Shown here: positions 13,670 to 25,839 of the stretch, piece after piece
How positions within the stretch are numbered: position 1 is the stretch's first letter
Layout of the letters: every line of letters starts with the position of its first letter
Made by a program: the position numbers and the translations under genes
Assembly: GCF_036971445.1 (NCBI RefSeq)
Contig: NC_091473.1
Coordinates: forward strand, 227,478,001-227,538,761
Reading direction: 5' to 3'
Length of the DNA stretch: 60,761 bases
DNA from: Narcine bancroftii
Taxonomy: Eukaryota
The notes under the pieces: generated by a model
What the model saw: the letters and a program-made list of their open reading frames with translations, nothing else
What the model was told of the DNA's origin: nothing
The model's database searches: none

Positions 13670-14439
13670 CTGTTAGAGAAAAAAATCACACTTAAGTCAA
13701 TGCATTTTAATTTCCTTCAATATGTTGGCTAAAGATGCCTTCAATCCATCATATTTGCACCTGTGATAAAATCATGACTTCACTCTGCGTATACGACACA
13801 AAGGGCTTTGAATTCTTGTAGGACAAATCAGTAATAGAACTACTGTGTATTTTCACAATGCAAATAGCCATAACATATATTAAAAATCTTGTCTGCACAC
13901 ACTTTCTTTCCAAAAACTCAAACTTGCTGGGCTAATACTTTGGTCACACTTTCAGTATCAACTATTCGCCATTATAAATTTTTACTTTTACATCGGCATG
14001 CATAAACTCGTGTCACCGTTACACCTTCCCACCGGTGGCAATTCTGTAGTGCTGACATTTTACAATCCAAGTCTCAGCCATCACGACTTGTGTAAAATTC
14101 TCAACAGTAAATAAAAATGAAAGGATGCTCTTTGATCTGATTTGTTAACACTTTCTCTTTTCCCCGATGCAGCCTGACCTGAACATTATGTGTCTCAGGC
14201 CTTGCAATGGCACTCTAATAACACATTATTGTTTATGAAAATAAATACAAGTATAAACTTAAAATAGTGATTAATTTGTTCCAGTTCTCCGTAACCTATC
14301 AACCTGATGTCAATGGTGGATTGTACAGCAGTGAGGTGAATTATATGAGATTCTCAGTTATGCCCTTTGCTGTCTCTCATAATACCCTGTGGTGATCATT
14401 AAGTAATATCAGCATAAATGATAGGTTTAGTAACCTGTT

Positions 14440-15172
14440 ATTTGTTTGCTTCATGATTAGGACAGACAACTCCAAACTGATCACAAATATAATTTCAGAT
14501 TTGCTGTATCACGTAGGAAGTTAAGAAACATTAACTTCTATTGAATTTAGTACGCTTAATCACATAATGATGCTGGCACAAGCTCTCGCGTTGCACAACA
14601 AATGTGAGGAGCCCAGGGGTTTGTCTTCGTCAACAATTTTACAACCTACGTAGAGTGCATAGGCTTTCTTAATAAGTGTAGTCTTGCTTTGTCTTTGAGC
14701 CTTAAGCATATACTCACCACAAGTGCAACAGCATATATCGCAGGTGTTGCAACATTGACAAGACATTTTTACTGAATTGAATCCTCCTGAAGACAATAAA
14801 TGCTATTGCCTGAAGAATATGTACATCACTAAGTATTCAATCTATATCAATGTAATGCAAGCATCAGTAGATGTGATCTGCTTTTATAGCCTGTCTGCAT
14901 CTTTCCTGACTAAGCATGCCCAGGTCTAAGACAACATTTACATAGCACCTGCACTGAGTGTATGCCCAGGCATGTTTGGACTGATCTAAACCGCTTGCTT
15001 TGTGGGCAACATACTAGTAGGCTTACAATATGACAGGAAATCACAAAAATAGGTTATATCTAAAAAACGGTACATGACAGGAAAATTATAAGATGGTTTT
15101 CGTGATCAGAAGCCCAAAATTCATAAAATACATCCAAAAGTGTTCAGGAAGCAGCATCTTCATGCTCCAGTG
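14440..15172 (-). mobile_element. Internally deleted Chapaev3-like (CMC) DNA transposon
   Basis: CACTGG terminus; N-terminal peptide C.TCGEYMLKAQRQS..LIKKAYALYVGCKIVDEDK fused to 3' sequence homologous to 36100-36220; left boundary approximate. Confidence 0.6.
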
Positions 15173-15604
15173 CTATCAGAGTTGTGTTCCAATTCTGAAA
15201 GTTCTCCCTGTTAGCCTCTCTGTTGACATAAACCATTTGTTTTGAGTAACAATGGTCGAGGGCATGGGTAGTGGAACTTGACAAGCACATCACCATACGA
15301 TGCCAAAATCACTACAGGATATTTTCTATCAGATCTGATTTTAACACTACCTATTTAACATTGGCTATTTGATGGAAATTGTTATAATTTTGCCATGAAA
15401 CAAAAGATTACTTTATTTCTCTTTCGTTCCCTTTGTTTGTATCTTTACATCATTCCCTCAGAAAATATTGAAAGGATTTGCAGACCAACTTCTGGTCTGG
15501 CAGACCACAAAGTGAACACCATCTCCATAGCTGTAAATTTCCTTGTTCCAGCTTCCACTCTTCCACATAAGAAAATGTCATGGAATCCAACAAATTGTAT
15601 AGAG

Positions 15605-15947
15605 CAGTGGTTCTCAACCTTTGTCTTCCCACTCACATACCACTTTAAGTAATCCATATGCCATCGGTGCTCTGTGATTAGTAAGGGATTGCTTAAGGTA
15701 AGATGAGTGGGAAAGGAAGGTTGAGAATCACTGCTCTAGACCCAATTGTTACTGAAATATTTTGCTTGAGAAAAATTGTCATTGGCCCATTTCCTTTGGA
15801 GTTATGAAACCATGCACATAATGAGTCAATTAGGTACGATTAAAACAGTGGTTTTCAAACTTTTTCTTTCCACTCACATACCACCTTAAGCAAACCCAAA
15901 GGTTTAAAGTGGTATGTGAGTGGAAAGAAAATGGTAGAGAATCACTG
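15605..15947. mobile_element. hAT (Charlie-like) composite MITE
   Basis: Starts CAGTGGTTCTCAACC and ends GAGAATCACTG; internal repeated termini; same family as 2582-3174. Confidence 0.75.
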
Positions 15948-16275
15948 CTGTAGACAGAGGTGGGATACCCCCACACACTTGGCTTCGACCACTGTTGGAG
16001 TTCCGGTCTCCACTCATAGAGACTGTCTAGAATAACTTTCAAACCCTAAATCATTTGATTCAGAGGGAGGATTTTTATCAGAAGGGCTCATTTCCTCTAA
16101 CCCTCAAATTTTAATGGCACAAAAAATTAAAATGTTAAGCAATATTGCTCTCAGCTTTCCTTTCCCTGTGAAAACAAATGATAGTGGTCACAGCAAACAT
16201 ACACTGGGGGGAAAAATAAAGCACTAGTCTGTGATAAGCCCAACATTTGGGTACATGTTAGAATGCCTCACCCTT

Positions 16276-16810
16276 CTAGGCAGGTTGTAGAATTTCATTT
16301 AGAATCCCTTCATAAGACAAGGTGCTGGTTTGTAGGTCTTCCCAGGGTACGAAGGATTCCCCCTCATTTTCGACAAAGGTGCACCAACAGTGATTGTAAT
16401 CAGGATCCTTCATGATCTTCAAATGGCAGCCAGCAGACTTCAGTAACCGCAAACCTTGCTGGATCTCAGGCTCTTCCCACATAAACAAGCGGGCCATGAA
16501 GATGGTAAGGTGGACGTTGCGGTTCTTCTTCAGATACTCTGCGATTTTGGAAGCACAGGCAGCGCAGGGGCTGGAGGACACATGCCAAACGATGGAGTAC
16601 TTCAGATTGCCTTTGCACTCCTTGAAGACCTCTGTAAAGAAGGCCTCTTCTGCATGCATGCTTGTGTGCTCGTCCTCCACGTATCCTTGCAGCTTCGGGC
16701 ATTCGGCACCTTGCTGTTCCACTGAGTAGCACAAAAACGTTTTATTCCTTCCAGAAGAATATTCAACATTTTTGAATTGGAACTTGAAGAAAAAGGGACT
16801 CATCAGCTGT
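16276..16810 (-). CDS. APOBEC2: APOBEC2, coding exon 2 (cytidine deaminase domain)
   Basis: FFFKFQFKNVEYSSGRNKTFLCY, HAEEAFF (HxE), SSSPCAAC (PCxxC) and RLFMWEEPEIQ motifs; acceptor ttttccAG at 16811-16812 in phase 2; TAG stop at 16278-16276. Confidence 0.97.
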
Positions 16811-17919
16811 CTGGAAAATAAAAGAAGCAGATGTTAGCAGGCTATCAAGCTCAGGGAATTTTTTTTAACATCATACTGCTCTGAAACAGGCCTGTAAAGT
16901 TGACTCTGTAATTTCTCAATATCTTCAGCAGTTTTTCTTCATATGTTATATTTTCTCTTTGATATTTTAACTTCAAAAATCTTCTGAGAAGATACAGTGT
17001 CTCTACCATCAGCAAAGATCAGTGTTTCCACAAAATACTCTACCCTTGAAAAACATTCATGCAACAACCAACATTCCCAATGCAGGCGGATCTGTCTCAA
17101 TGCTGGTTATGAGGTAGGGGTGAGAGATGGCTATTGACAAAGTATCGGATTACATAACAATCAGTACCCTCTGACGGGATTTACAAATGGCTCACTTTAA
17201 GATATTGTGCAGAAAAAAATGAAATTTATACAAGTTATTTGTTTTTAATACAACAAATAATTCCCATTATCCTCAGTGTGAACTGAGGAAGGTGATGTGA
17301 ATTTATTGTCATACACATAAGTACAATCTACAGATGCAATAACATTCTTGCTTCCTGCAGCTACACAGGTACATAAAACAAGGAGTATAAATTAACACAA
17401 TATACCATGAGGGTATATTACAGTTTATACAAAAAAAGTGTTGGCTCAATTTGTGCAGACAGCTCTTTTCCTGTGGAGCAGAGCTGTGTTTAGGGTGGTA
17501 TAGGGAGATTGAAGAGCCAGATAGCAGGTGGGAAAAGAAGCTAGAGGTACCAGCAGGAAATAAATTTTCTGAAACAAATGACAGCTTTGAAGTCCTTAGT
17601 CCAGGTGAGATTGGTGTGATACTCACCTCACAATACTGCTCTTATTAACAGCTTGAGAGCAATGTACTTTTTTTTCGGATCTCCACACATCCCCACATCA
17701 TTTTCCAGTGAAGCCTGAGACTGGTTCTCTTATGCCAACAGCATGAAAACGAGTGTCAAGCGTATTTTTAACACTCCTTATCTCATCAGAGAGCTGCCAC
17801 TGGTATCACCCTTCATCGCCTGACCCAGTCCTGGAAGAAAGGCAGATTTAAAGGGGAAATAGGCCTATCGTGTTCTTTCTCACACAGACTATGGGGTGAT
17901 TTCATTGAACACTGACTGC

Positions 17920-18400
17920 TGCCACAGCAAGGACTTCCCAGTGGCCAAACATTTTAATTCCACACCCTACTGCAACACTGGCATGGCCTCGTGCACTGCC
18001 AGTCCAAGGCCACCATAAATTGGAGGAACAACAATTTATATTTTGTCTGGGGACTCTCAAACCAAATAGCATTAACATTGTCTTCTTCAGTTTCCATTAA
18101 TGCCCTCCCTCGTGTCTCGCTCTTTCTCCATCACTCTACATCCTTTCCTCCAGTTCTTCACCTCCTTCCTTTTCTTCTCCATTCAGAAAGTTACCCTCAC
18201 CCAATCACTTAGCTTTTTTTCTTTTTCTACTCTCCCACCTGCATCACCCTATTACCTCTGCTCCTCCCCTCCTTCCTCCTCCCACATCTTTTTTTCCCAA
18301 AGACATCTACCTGCTTTTTTTTTCTTATTCCTGTCGAAGGTCCCAGGCCCAAAATATTGGTTACCCTTGATGATGAGATTTTCCAGAACGTTTGTCTCTT
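17920..18400 (+). mobile_element. Penelope-like element remnant
   Basis: PVAKHFNS-type remnant followed by a pyrimidine-rich tail, similar to 49340-49950. Confidence 0.55.
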
Positions 18401-19685
18401 GCTTTCTCACACAGCGCAAGCTCAAAGGAAAGTGACCTTTTGGCCCAGTTCAGCTCTTCATAGGTGTCTGTCAGCACCTGCAAAGAGTTAGCTGGGTTCC
18501 GGTGGGCCAGAGGATATTTTGTTCGAAGCCCTTCCCTCCACCCCCAATACTACACTGACAGCCAGAGAAATTGTTCAATCCTGAACGAGCCTCATGCAGT
18601 AAGGAACTCCTTCTCACACACACTGCATGGGTCAAGGCCATCTGAGGTCAGCTTCTTGCATAGAATATATAGGAAACAAATAACACACAAGCAAGTACCA
18701 ATTCTTTAGACACTTAGCTCTTGTGCAACATTAAATAACTATTTCATAAATTCAATGTGGCAATTTTCTCCTAAATATATGGTCCTGCCATGAGTTTCTC
18801 CAATTAACAGCATCTATCACGACACGGCAGATGTGATTGATGTCCATCATGATCGGTTGAATTCAGAAGCAGAATGCCTAAAATTTCCTCGTAAGAGCTT
18901 TTGGCAGACAAAGCTGTGTGCTAGCCATGCATACTCAAACTTATGCCAATACTTAGAAAGTAATAATCTGTTCAGAAGTTCCAAAACACAGACATATGAC
19001 GATACTTTGAGGTTGGTGCTATTGGTGAATTGGTTACTAACCATACTGAAATGGAAGGTAAACTGGACTGTTGTTAAAATTCACTCATGAATATCATTTA
19101 AATACAGTAGCTGTCAATATACCTGGGCTTGTGATGCTTCAGTTAAGTATGTGTATCGCTCACTCTCTGGAACTTTTTTTCTGACTGTCACTTCTTAATC
19201 TTACATCAGAGCTTTCTCTCTGTGTCTAGAACATAGATGAATGGTACAGTGGCACAGCTTAGTAGAGAAACTGCCTCACAGCTCCAGTAACCTCTAGTGC
19301 TGCCTCTGTGGAATTTTACATATTTGCCCCATGACTTTGCATTTCCTCAGAGTGCCCTCCTTCTTCCCCAAACCATGCAGGTCTGTTGATTAGTTAGCCA
19401 CCGCTGATTGCCTCCAGTGCATAGATGAGTGTCGAATCCTGGGTGGGGTGGGCTGGGGAGCTGATGGGAATGTGTGGAGAATAAAGTGAGATTAATGTAA
19501 CTTGCTACTGGTGATGGGGCTTTTCGTTGTCCAGTGTGAACTGACGACTGCATCAACAATCTCTTGTTCACATTTTCTCAGAAAATGAGAAAGTGCAGTG
19601 ACCGTCATCGAACCTTCAGCTATCCTTGTCAAATTTGCATCCAAGTTTTCCTTCTCATTACCACAGAAACAAGTTTGACACTCAC

Positions 19686-19798
19686 CCGATGATTATTTCA
19701 AACGGCCCCAGGTCAGCGGCATCTACATTTTCTTTGCCCTCTGCCTTGTCCTCATTGTTAACTTTCTTGGCTACGTCTTCAGTCTCCTTTTCAGCCAT
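19686..19798 (-). CDS. APOBEC2: APOBEC2, coding exon 1
   Basis: ATG in context gcaATGG; MAEKETEDVAKK..DLGPFEIIIG; donor GG|GTGAGT in phase 2 joins exon 2 in frame (113+535=648 nt, 215 aa). Confidence 0.93.
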
Positions 19799-19868
19799 TG
19801 CCTGACGATGTCAGTGTGGTGTGCACCGTCTGGTGGCTCTGCACTGGGTGAGGGAGCCATCCCCGTCA

Positions 19869-19897
19869 CTTTAAAATGTCACAAGCACCAAATAAGG
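19869..19897 (-). promoter_or_regulatory. Putative APOBEC2 proximal promoter: CArG box plus TATA-like element
   Basis: Perfect CC(A/T)6GG, CCAAATAAGG, at 19888-19897; TTTTAAAG at ~19869-19876 on the minus strand; 70-100 nt upstream of the ATG. Confidence 0.55.
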
Positions 19898-20389
19898 GAG
19901 CAAGGGAGGAGAGGACTTCCAGCCCAAAATAAACCCCAGCTAGGTCATCAATCATAGACGCCTCTCTTTAACCCTATCTTTCTACACCACTCAACTGCCT
20001 CTCTTCCAGTAGATTAAGGGGCAGTTTCTGAAGCAAACTGTTCTCTTCATAACAAATCTTTGCTTTAACTTCCCCTCTCCTTTCCTGAAGTTACTGATTC
20101 TGTTTGGAGCTTGCAAGGATTGGTGATGTGGGCCAACAGGAAGGTGTATCATAAAAAGGTACTGCATCTCTTCACCAGCCTTGCACTCACTCAGAGGAGC
20201 ATCAGGAACAGGGGACGGAGTTCTTTTTAATCCGTTCTGCCCTGCGGATGCTGAGGCTCATTCCCCTCATTGATAAAACTCTTACTCTCGGCTTGTTTCC
20301 CAACCACCAACTTCAGACTCAGACACATGGGGTGGATTCATTTCAATGATGGTCATAACCAAATAGGAATGGCAGATTTCCTTCCCTGA

Positions 20390-20775
20390 GGGAGCAACAC
20401 CCGATATTCCGTCTAGACACTCTCCAACTAGACAGCATTCAAATGGACTTCTCCAGTTTCCATTAAACCCTTCCCCGAATCTCTCCCTCTCCTTCTGTTT
20501 TCGTTCCTCCATCTCCTCACCCCCTGCTTTTTCTTCTCCATTCAGAGCCCACCCCTTCCCCATCACCTCAGCTTTTGTCTCTTCACTTTTATCCAACGTG
20601 ACCTCTGACCTGCAACCTGTACTCCTCCCCCTTCCCCTTCCATCCTCTTCTCCTCACCTCCCCCCACCTTTTTTTGCATGTTTTGTGCTCATACATTGAG
20701 GAGGGGCTCAAATACTTTCAACTCCTATGGATGCCACATGACCTTCTGAGTTTCTTCAGAACTTTAGTGTATTGA
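20390..20775 (+). mobile_element. Penelope-like element 3' remnant
   Basis: GAGCAACAC..ATATTCCGTCT core and pyrimidine-rich tail shared with the 17920 and 49340 copies. Confidence 0.5.
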
Positions 20776-21371
20776 ATTTCTGACCCCAATGTGTCTTCAT
20801 GAGAAAGTGATAACTCCATAGTCAACATTACTGGATCTGGCATTGCTTTAGAAAAAGAATTCAGATGTACTGAATCACTTGAGCTTAAATTCCCCAGCTG
20901 TCATGGACTCAAGGCCCGAAATGAATGGTGCAGAACTCTCTGCTCTAGGCCTGTAATTAAACTTCAATGCTAGCCCCTGAATTATTTTGAAAGCCTTTAT
21001 ATCTACTCTCTGTAGATATCATCTATAGTATTGTTCCATCCCCTCTCTGTTAACCCCGTATGTCCTTAGATACAGCCAAACAAATACATTTTTGTTACTT
21101 GCTTGTTGGATTTTTAATCCACTGACAGCTGCAAGCTCTGCACAAAACCCAACTAGTAAATCAAGATGGGTATTTCAGGCATTGATTAATTAATCCTAAC
21201 TTTAATGTGTAACTAATAAGCCGGTTTACTCTAGCACAGTACATCCAGTGCTGTATCGCAGCCCAGGAGCTTCTCCACGTCATGTGGCTCATTCTGATGC
21301 TGTTGGTGTAAGTAATGAAGAGAACAAAGGCGAGGAGGCTCACAAGACAACGTTGTCAATTTGTTTGAATT

Positions 21372-21605
21372 GGCATAGTTAGCGCAGTAGTTAGCAGAAC
21401 CCTGTTAGAGCGCCAGCTTCTCGGGTTCGAATCCAGCACTGGCTGCAAATAGTTTGTACTTTCACCCTGTGACCGCATGGGTTTCCTTTGAGTGCTTCAG
21501 TTTCCACCTACCCTCCAAAGACGTATGTTAATTGACATATTTGGGCATCACAGGTTCATGTGCTAGAATGGCCTGTAACTGATCTGTATCTCTAAATTAA
21601 AAACA
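21372..21605 (+). mobile_element. tRNA-derived SINE
   Basis: A-box-like GGCATAGTTAGCGCAGTAGTTAGC and B-box GGTTCGAATCC; several related copies in the window. Confidence 0.75.
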
Positions 21606-22417
21606 AATTTCAGACTGCCTTTTCCTATTGACATGGGTGCATTTTCTTGCATCAGTGTCCAGCAGACACAATCTCTACAAGAAGCTCAGAGAAGGCACAT
21701 GTCACCATGCAAGCAACACTCTTCAGATTAACAGGGATTGTTGCTACTGAGTAAATACAAACTGTGATGTTGAGGACGCAGGGAGGGAAGTGTGTACTCC
21801 CAGGGAATCAGATAGACTTGGTTAGGTTGGAGAAGAACAGTGCCCAGAGGAGTTATGCTTTCTGCATTGAGGGCTGATGAGGCCCAGCAGGTCAGCAGTC
21901 AGGTAGTCCTGGCAGGAGGTAGACCTCTGAAAGGAAACAAGCCTTGCCTGTGAAATTCCAGTTGATTCTCTGCTTTGGTCACCTGATGGGAAAGTGGATG
22001 GGTCGCCTTTCCTTCATTATGGACTTTGGGGGTTCCACCTTCCTGGGGTAGCAGTGAATAGCGACGGGGCAGAAATCAACAGCTGCAACCTGGAATGGTC
22101 CTGAAGATAAACAATGAAGAAGAATGGGCAGGTGAGCCAGATCTCTATGGACAAGGTGCTCCAGACACATATGTGAGGGGACAGGGATTGCATACTTCAG
22201 TGAAGACAGTTTGATTCTTAAGCAGCCATGGTAATGGGATTAGTTATTTTGTGACTAGATAAGAGCTCTTGTTTGTCAGACTCATAAGATTGAAAATCTC
22301 ACTCCAAGTGAAAATTTTCATGCTGTACTATGATTGGTAACACCTGGGAGATTTGGATTCCATAAAGTAGTTGGAAATGGGGGTGGGGGGGGGGGTGAAT
22401 GATGAAATGAACGTCCC

Positions 22418-23630
22418 GTAGAACCATAGGACACTATAGCACAGAAAACAGGCCCTTCGGCCCTTTGAGTCTGTGCCAAAATATTATTCTGCCGAGTCCC
22501 ACTGACCTGCACCTAGTCCATATCCCTCCATACCTGTATTATCCATGTACCTGTCCAAATTATTCTTAAATGTTAAAATTGAGCCCACATTCTCTACTTC
22601 AGCTGGAAACTCATTCCATACTCCCACCTCTCTCTGTGTGAAGAAATACCCCTTAATGTTCACCTTCAGCATCTCCCCTTTCACCCTTAACCCATGTCCT
22701 CTGGTTTGTACCTCACCTAACCTCAGTGGAAAAAGCCTACTTGTGTTAACTCTATCTACACCCATCATAATTTTGTACACATCCATCAAATCTCCCCTCA
22801 TTCTTCTATGCCCCAGGGAATAGTCCTAATTTAAGTTTCCTTTCCCTATAATTCAGTTCCTGAAGTCCAGGCAACATCATAACCATATAACAATTACAGC
22901 AACTTGGCCCTTCTAGTCCATGCCGAATACTTTCTCTGACCTAACCCCACTGACCTACATTCAACCCGTAACCCTCCAATCCTTTCCTGTCCACATCCAT
23001 ATCCAACTTCTCCTTAAATGCTAATATCGAGCCTGCCTCCTCCACTTCATCTGGAAGCTCGTTCCACATACCCACCATTCCCTGACTAAAGAAATCCCTT
23101 GCATGTTTCCTCTAAACTTTTGCCCCCTAACTCTCAACTCATGTCTTCTCATTTGAATCTCCCCCTTTCTTAAAGGAAAACCCCTCTCCATGTTAACTCA
23201 ATCTATATCCCTAATCATTTTAAATATCTCAATCAAATCCCCTCTCAACCTTCTATGCTCCAAAGAATAAGGACCTAACTTATTTAACAATTCATGTAAC
23301 CCCGACAACATTCTAGTAAATCTTCTTTGCACTCTCTCCAATTTGTTGATACCTTTCCTATACTTCGGTGACCAAAACTGTTATCAATAATCCAAGTTTG
23401 GCCTCACCAATGCCTTGTACAATTTTAACATAACATCCCTGCTCCTATACTCAATGCTCTGATTTATAAAGGTCAACATACCATAAGCTTTCTTCACCAC
23501 CCTATTCACATGTGGAATCCGAGATTCCACTGTTCTATTGCACTCCTCAGTGCCCTACCATTTACCTTACATGTCCTACCATTGTTTGTCCTTCCAAAAT
23601 GTAAACATGTCTGAATTAAATTCCATCTGC
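22418..23630 (-). mobile_element. Two stacked CR1 LINE 3' fragments
   Basis: MRGDLMDVYKIM..TRGHGLRVKG..FFTQREVGVWNE peptide; two separate TTCTATG/ATATGG-type 3' tails. Confidence 0.85.
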
Positions 23631-25599
23631 TAAGGTTTTAAGATCACAAAATTGCTCTATCCTGGGTTAACCTAACTTTCAACCATAGGATACTGTTATT
23701 TGGAGTTTTGCAAATATTTATTTTTGCTCGACCTAATTCTCATTTTGTTGCTGTCTGTACATATACTTTAACAGGCATTTAATATTTGACCACAATATAT
23801 TAACATTTAGAGATCCAGCTGAAATTGTTAGGTACAATCCATTAACCGAGCAAAAGTTTGGGATTCCTGATTGCAAGATGTGTCGCCTATTGTTCCAGTT
23901 AAGTGTGGCTCTTACTTGTGGTGTTACAGACTTCTCCAGGTTTCCTAGCTGATCCAGCACCAGGTTATCACAGGAGAACTACTCAGAATCCATTTAAATG
24001 ATTGGGAAGAAATAGTACTGCAGGAGAAGAGAGATTAGACCTCTTTGATTTTATACCATGAATTTAATATTGCTTTAGAGAGAGAGAGTGGATTTATACA
24101 TGCATGCTTGTTTTAATGTTTTGATTTTTATGATTTAGTATTCTCTTAGATGTTTTTGAAAGGTTGTAAAGTTATCAGACACCACAAACATTCAATGCAA
24201 ATGCTGACTTGCACAGCCAATGAACTGCTGAGGACTGGTAGAGCACAGCTTCATTGATTACCTGGCTGTGCGACCAAGCTCCTGGCTGCAATGCCTCTCC
24301 GGTCCACTAGCAGCAGTCTTCCTGGAATAAGATGACACCTGGACCAGAAGGGAAAGAAATAACAAGGTCAACCAACTGGAGAGCTGCCTGAGGGGATGAT
24401 CCAGGCCCATGGATTGTGCAGCTACCAAAGTTTGGCCCCAGATTTGCCTCTGGTCAGGGGCTGAGGGGGTATTTCAGCAATGGGGACCTCCACATTACAC
24501 CAGGCAAAGCCCATTCTTCGCCCAGAACAGGCTGCTGGATTTCGGGTCTGAAGGCCAGTGAAATCTAGCCCTGATTAGTTTGACTCCTTCAGGGGTACAG
24601 GGACTGTAGGAGGCAAATAAAAGTTTCCACATTGGTCCATGTAAACAGGTTATTCCAACGCTGCCTGGTAACTTTGATGAGAGTATCCTGATCTCTCAAT
24701 TAGTCATTTTTATGCCCCTTCTACCAAATTATGATCACCATTTTAGGTCCCATCTCTAATTTTAGTAAGCCTGATTGCATCCCTTGGCAAAGGGACTGAC
24801 TAGTACTGTGAACTTTCATCACCAGTGAAACTCTATCAAGGTTCGTCTCTGATCTGCTTCATCACTGAAATGTGAGTTCACTTTGGCAAGTCTAATCCGG
24901 GATTCCATCAAAGGGCAATGAGTTGGATTTCCCCAATATAATAATCATTGAATCTCATTGAGGTCTTAAGTTTAGCACTAATTCTGTGCCAAAGAAGGAA
25001 CCAGTTATCATTATGGTGCTGAGAGTCTCCTGAGTTAGGAAGGAGTCAAACTAACCAGGGTTCCAACTTCTGATCCAATTACCCCTTTGGTAAAGTTTTT
25101 GCTTACACAAGCCTGGTAACAGGGCTGAAAAGCCCAAAAGAAGGAGCTGCAAATTAAAGGGAATAACTTTCCAGGGAAATGGAACAAACTAGGCTCTTTC
25201 TTCTACAAAAGACCAAGAGGTTAGACAGACGGACGCTCGACAGCCGTGGCAGGTCTCGTACACCCTTCGCATCACATAAGGCGAAACAAGGCAGAGTCAT
25301 GAACTACAATACATCCCTTCTGGATGAACTAAATGCCTTCTCTGTTCAGGGAACCTCTCCTGGATCCAGCATATTAATGCAACCGTACTCTATTGAACTG
25401 TTACAGGTGCACGGTGGAAAGCAGAGTGGCCGGTTCCATCACAGTGTGGGTTAGTAGTTTGAGTGCCCAGAAACTGAGAAGGCGGCAGAGCCAGGCATTG
25501 AAGCATTGACTGAAGAAGGCAGCCAAAATCATAAAGAACTCCCATTAACTTGGTCACAACCTCTTCAGGTACAGAAACCTGAAAATCAGCACATTTAGG

Positions 25600-25839
25600 T
25601 GTGGTGATACTACTGTGATGCTGTTATGCCATTTGTACTGTATCCCTTTGTATGGCTGGCCTGCTTCCTCCCTGTAACTACACTCCCTGGAATTCCCCAA
25701 TAAAGGTGATTACACCTAAGATTCTCCTTCAGTACAAATCTTGGAATCAGGCCAGCAACAGGAGCATATAACCAATCTTATGGTAATAAAACCTTGTTGT
25801 CTAGTAACTCCAGTCTTTTGGCGTTATGATAGAGTATCA
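25600..25839 (+). repeat. Gypsy 5' LTR
   Basis: TGTGGTGATAC...GTATCA; direct repeat of 31144-31384, roughly 80% identical by eye. Confidence 0.9.

Noticed and set aside
16412-16732. Overlapping and antisense ORFs at APOBEC2 exon 2
   Set aside because: These are shadow frames of a real coding exon and carry no motifs of their own.
21372-21450. tRNA gene (also at 53016 and 48758)
   Set aside because: The A/B boxes run into a shared SINE body, there is no complete cloverleaf, and the copies are diverged.
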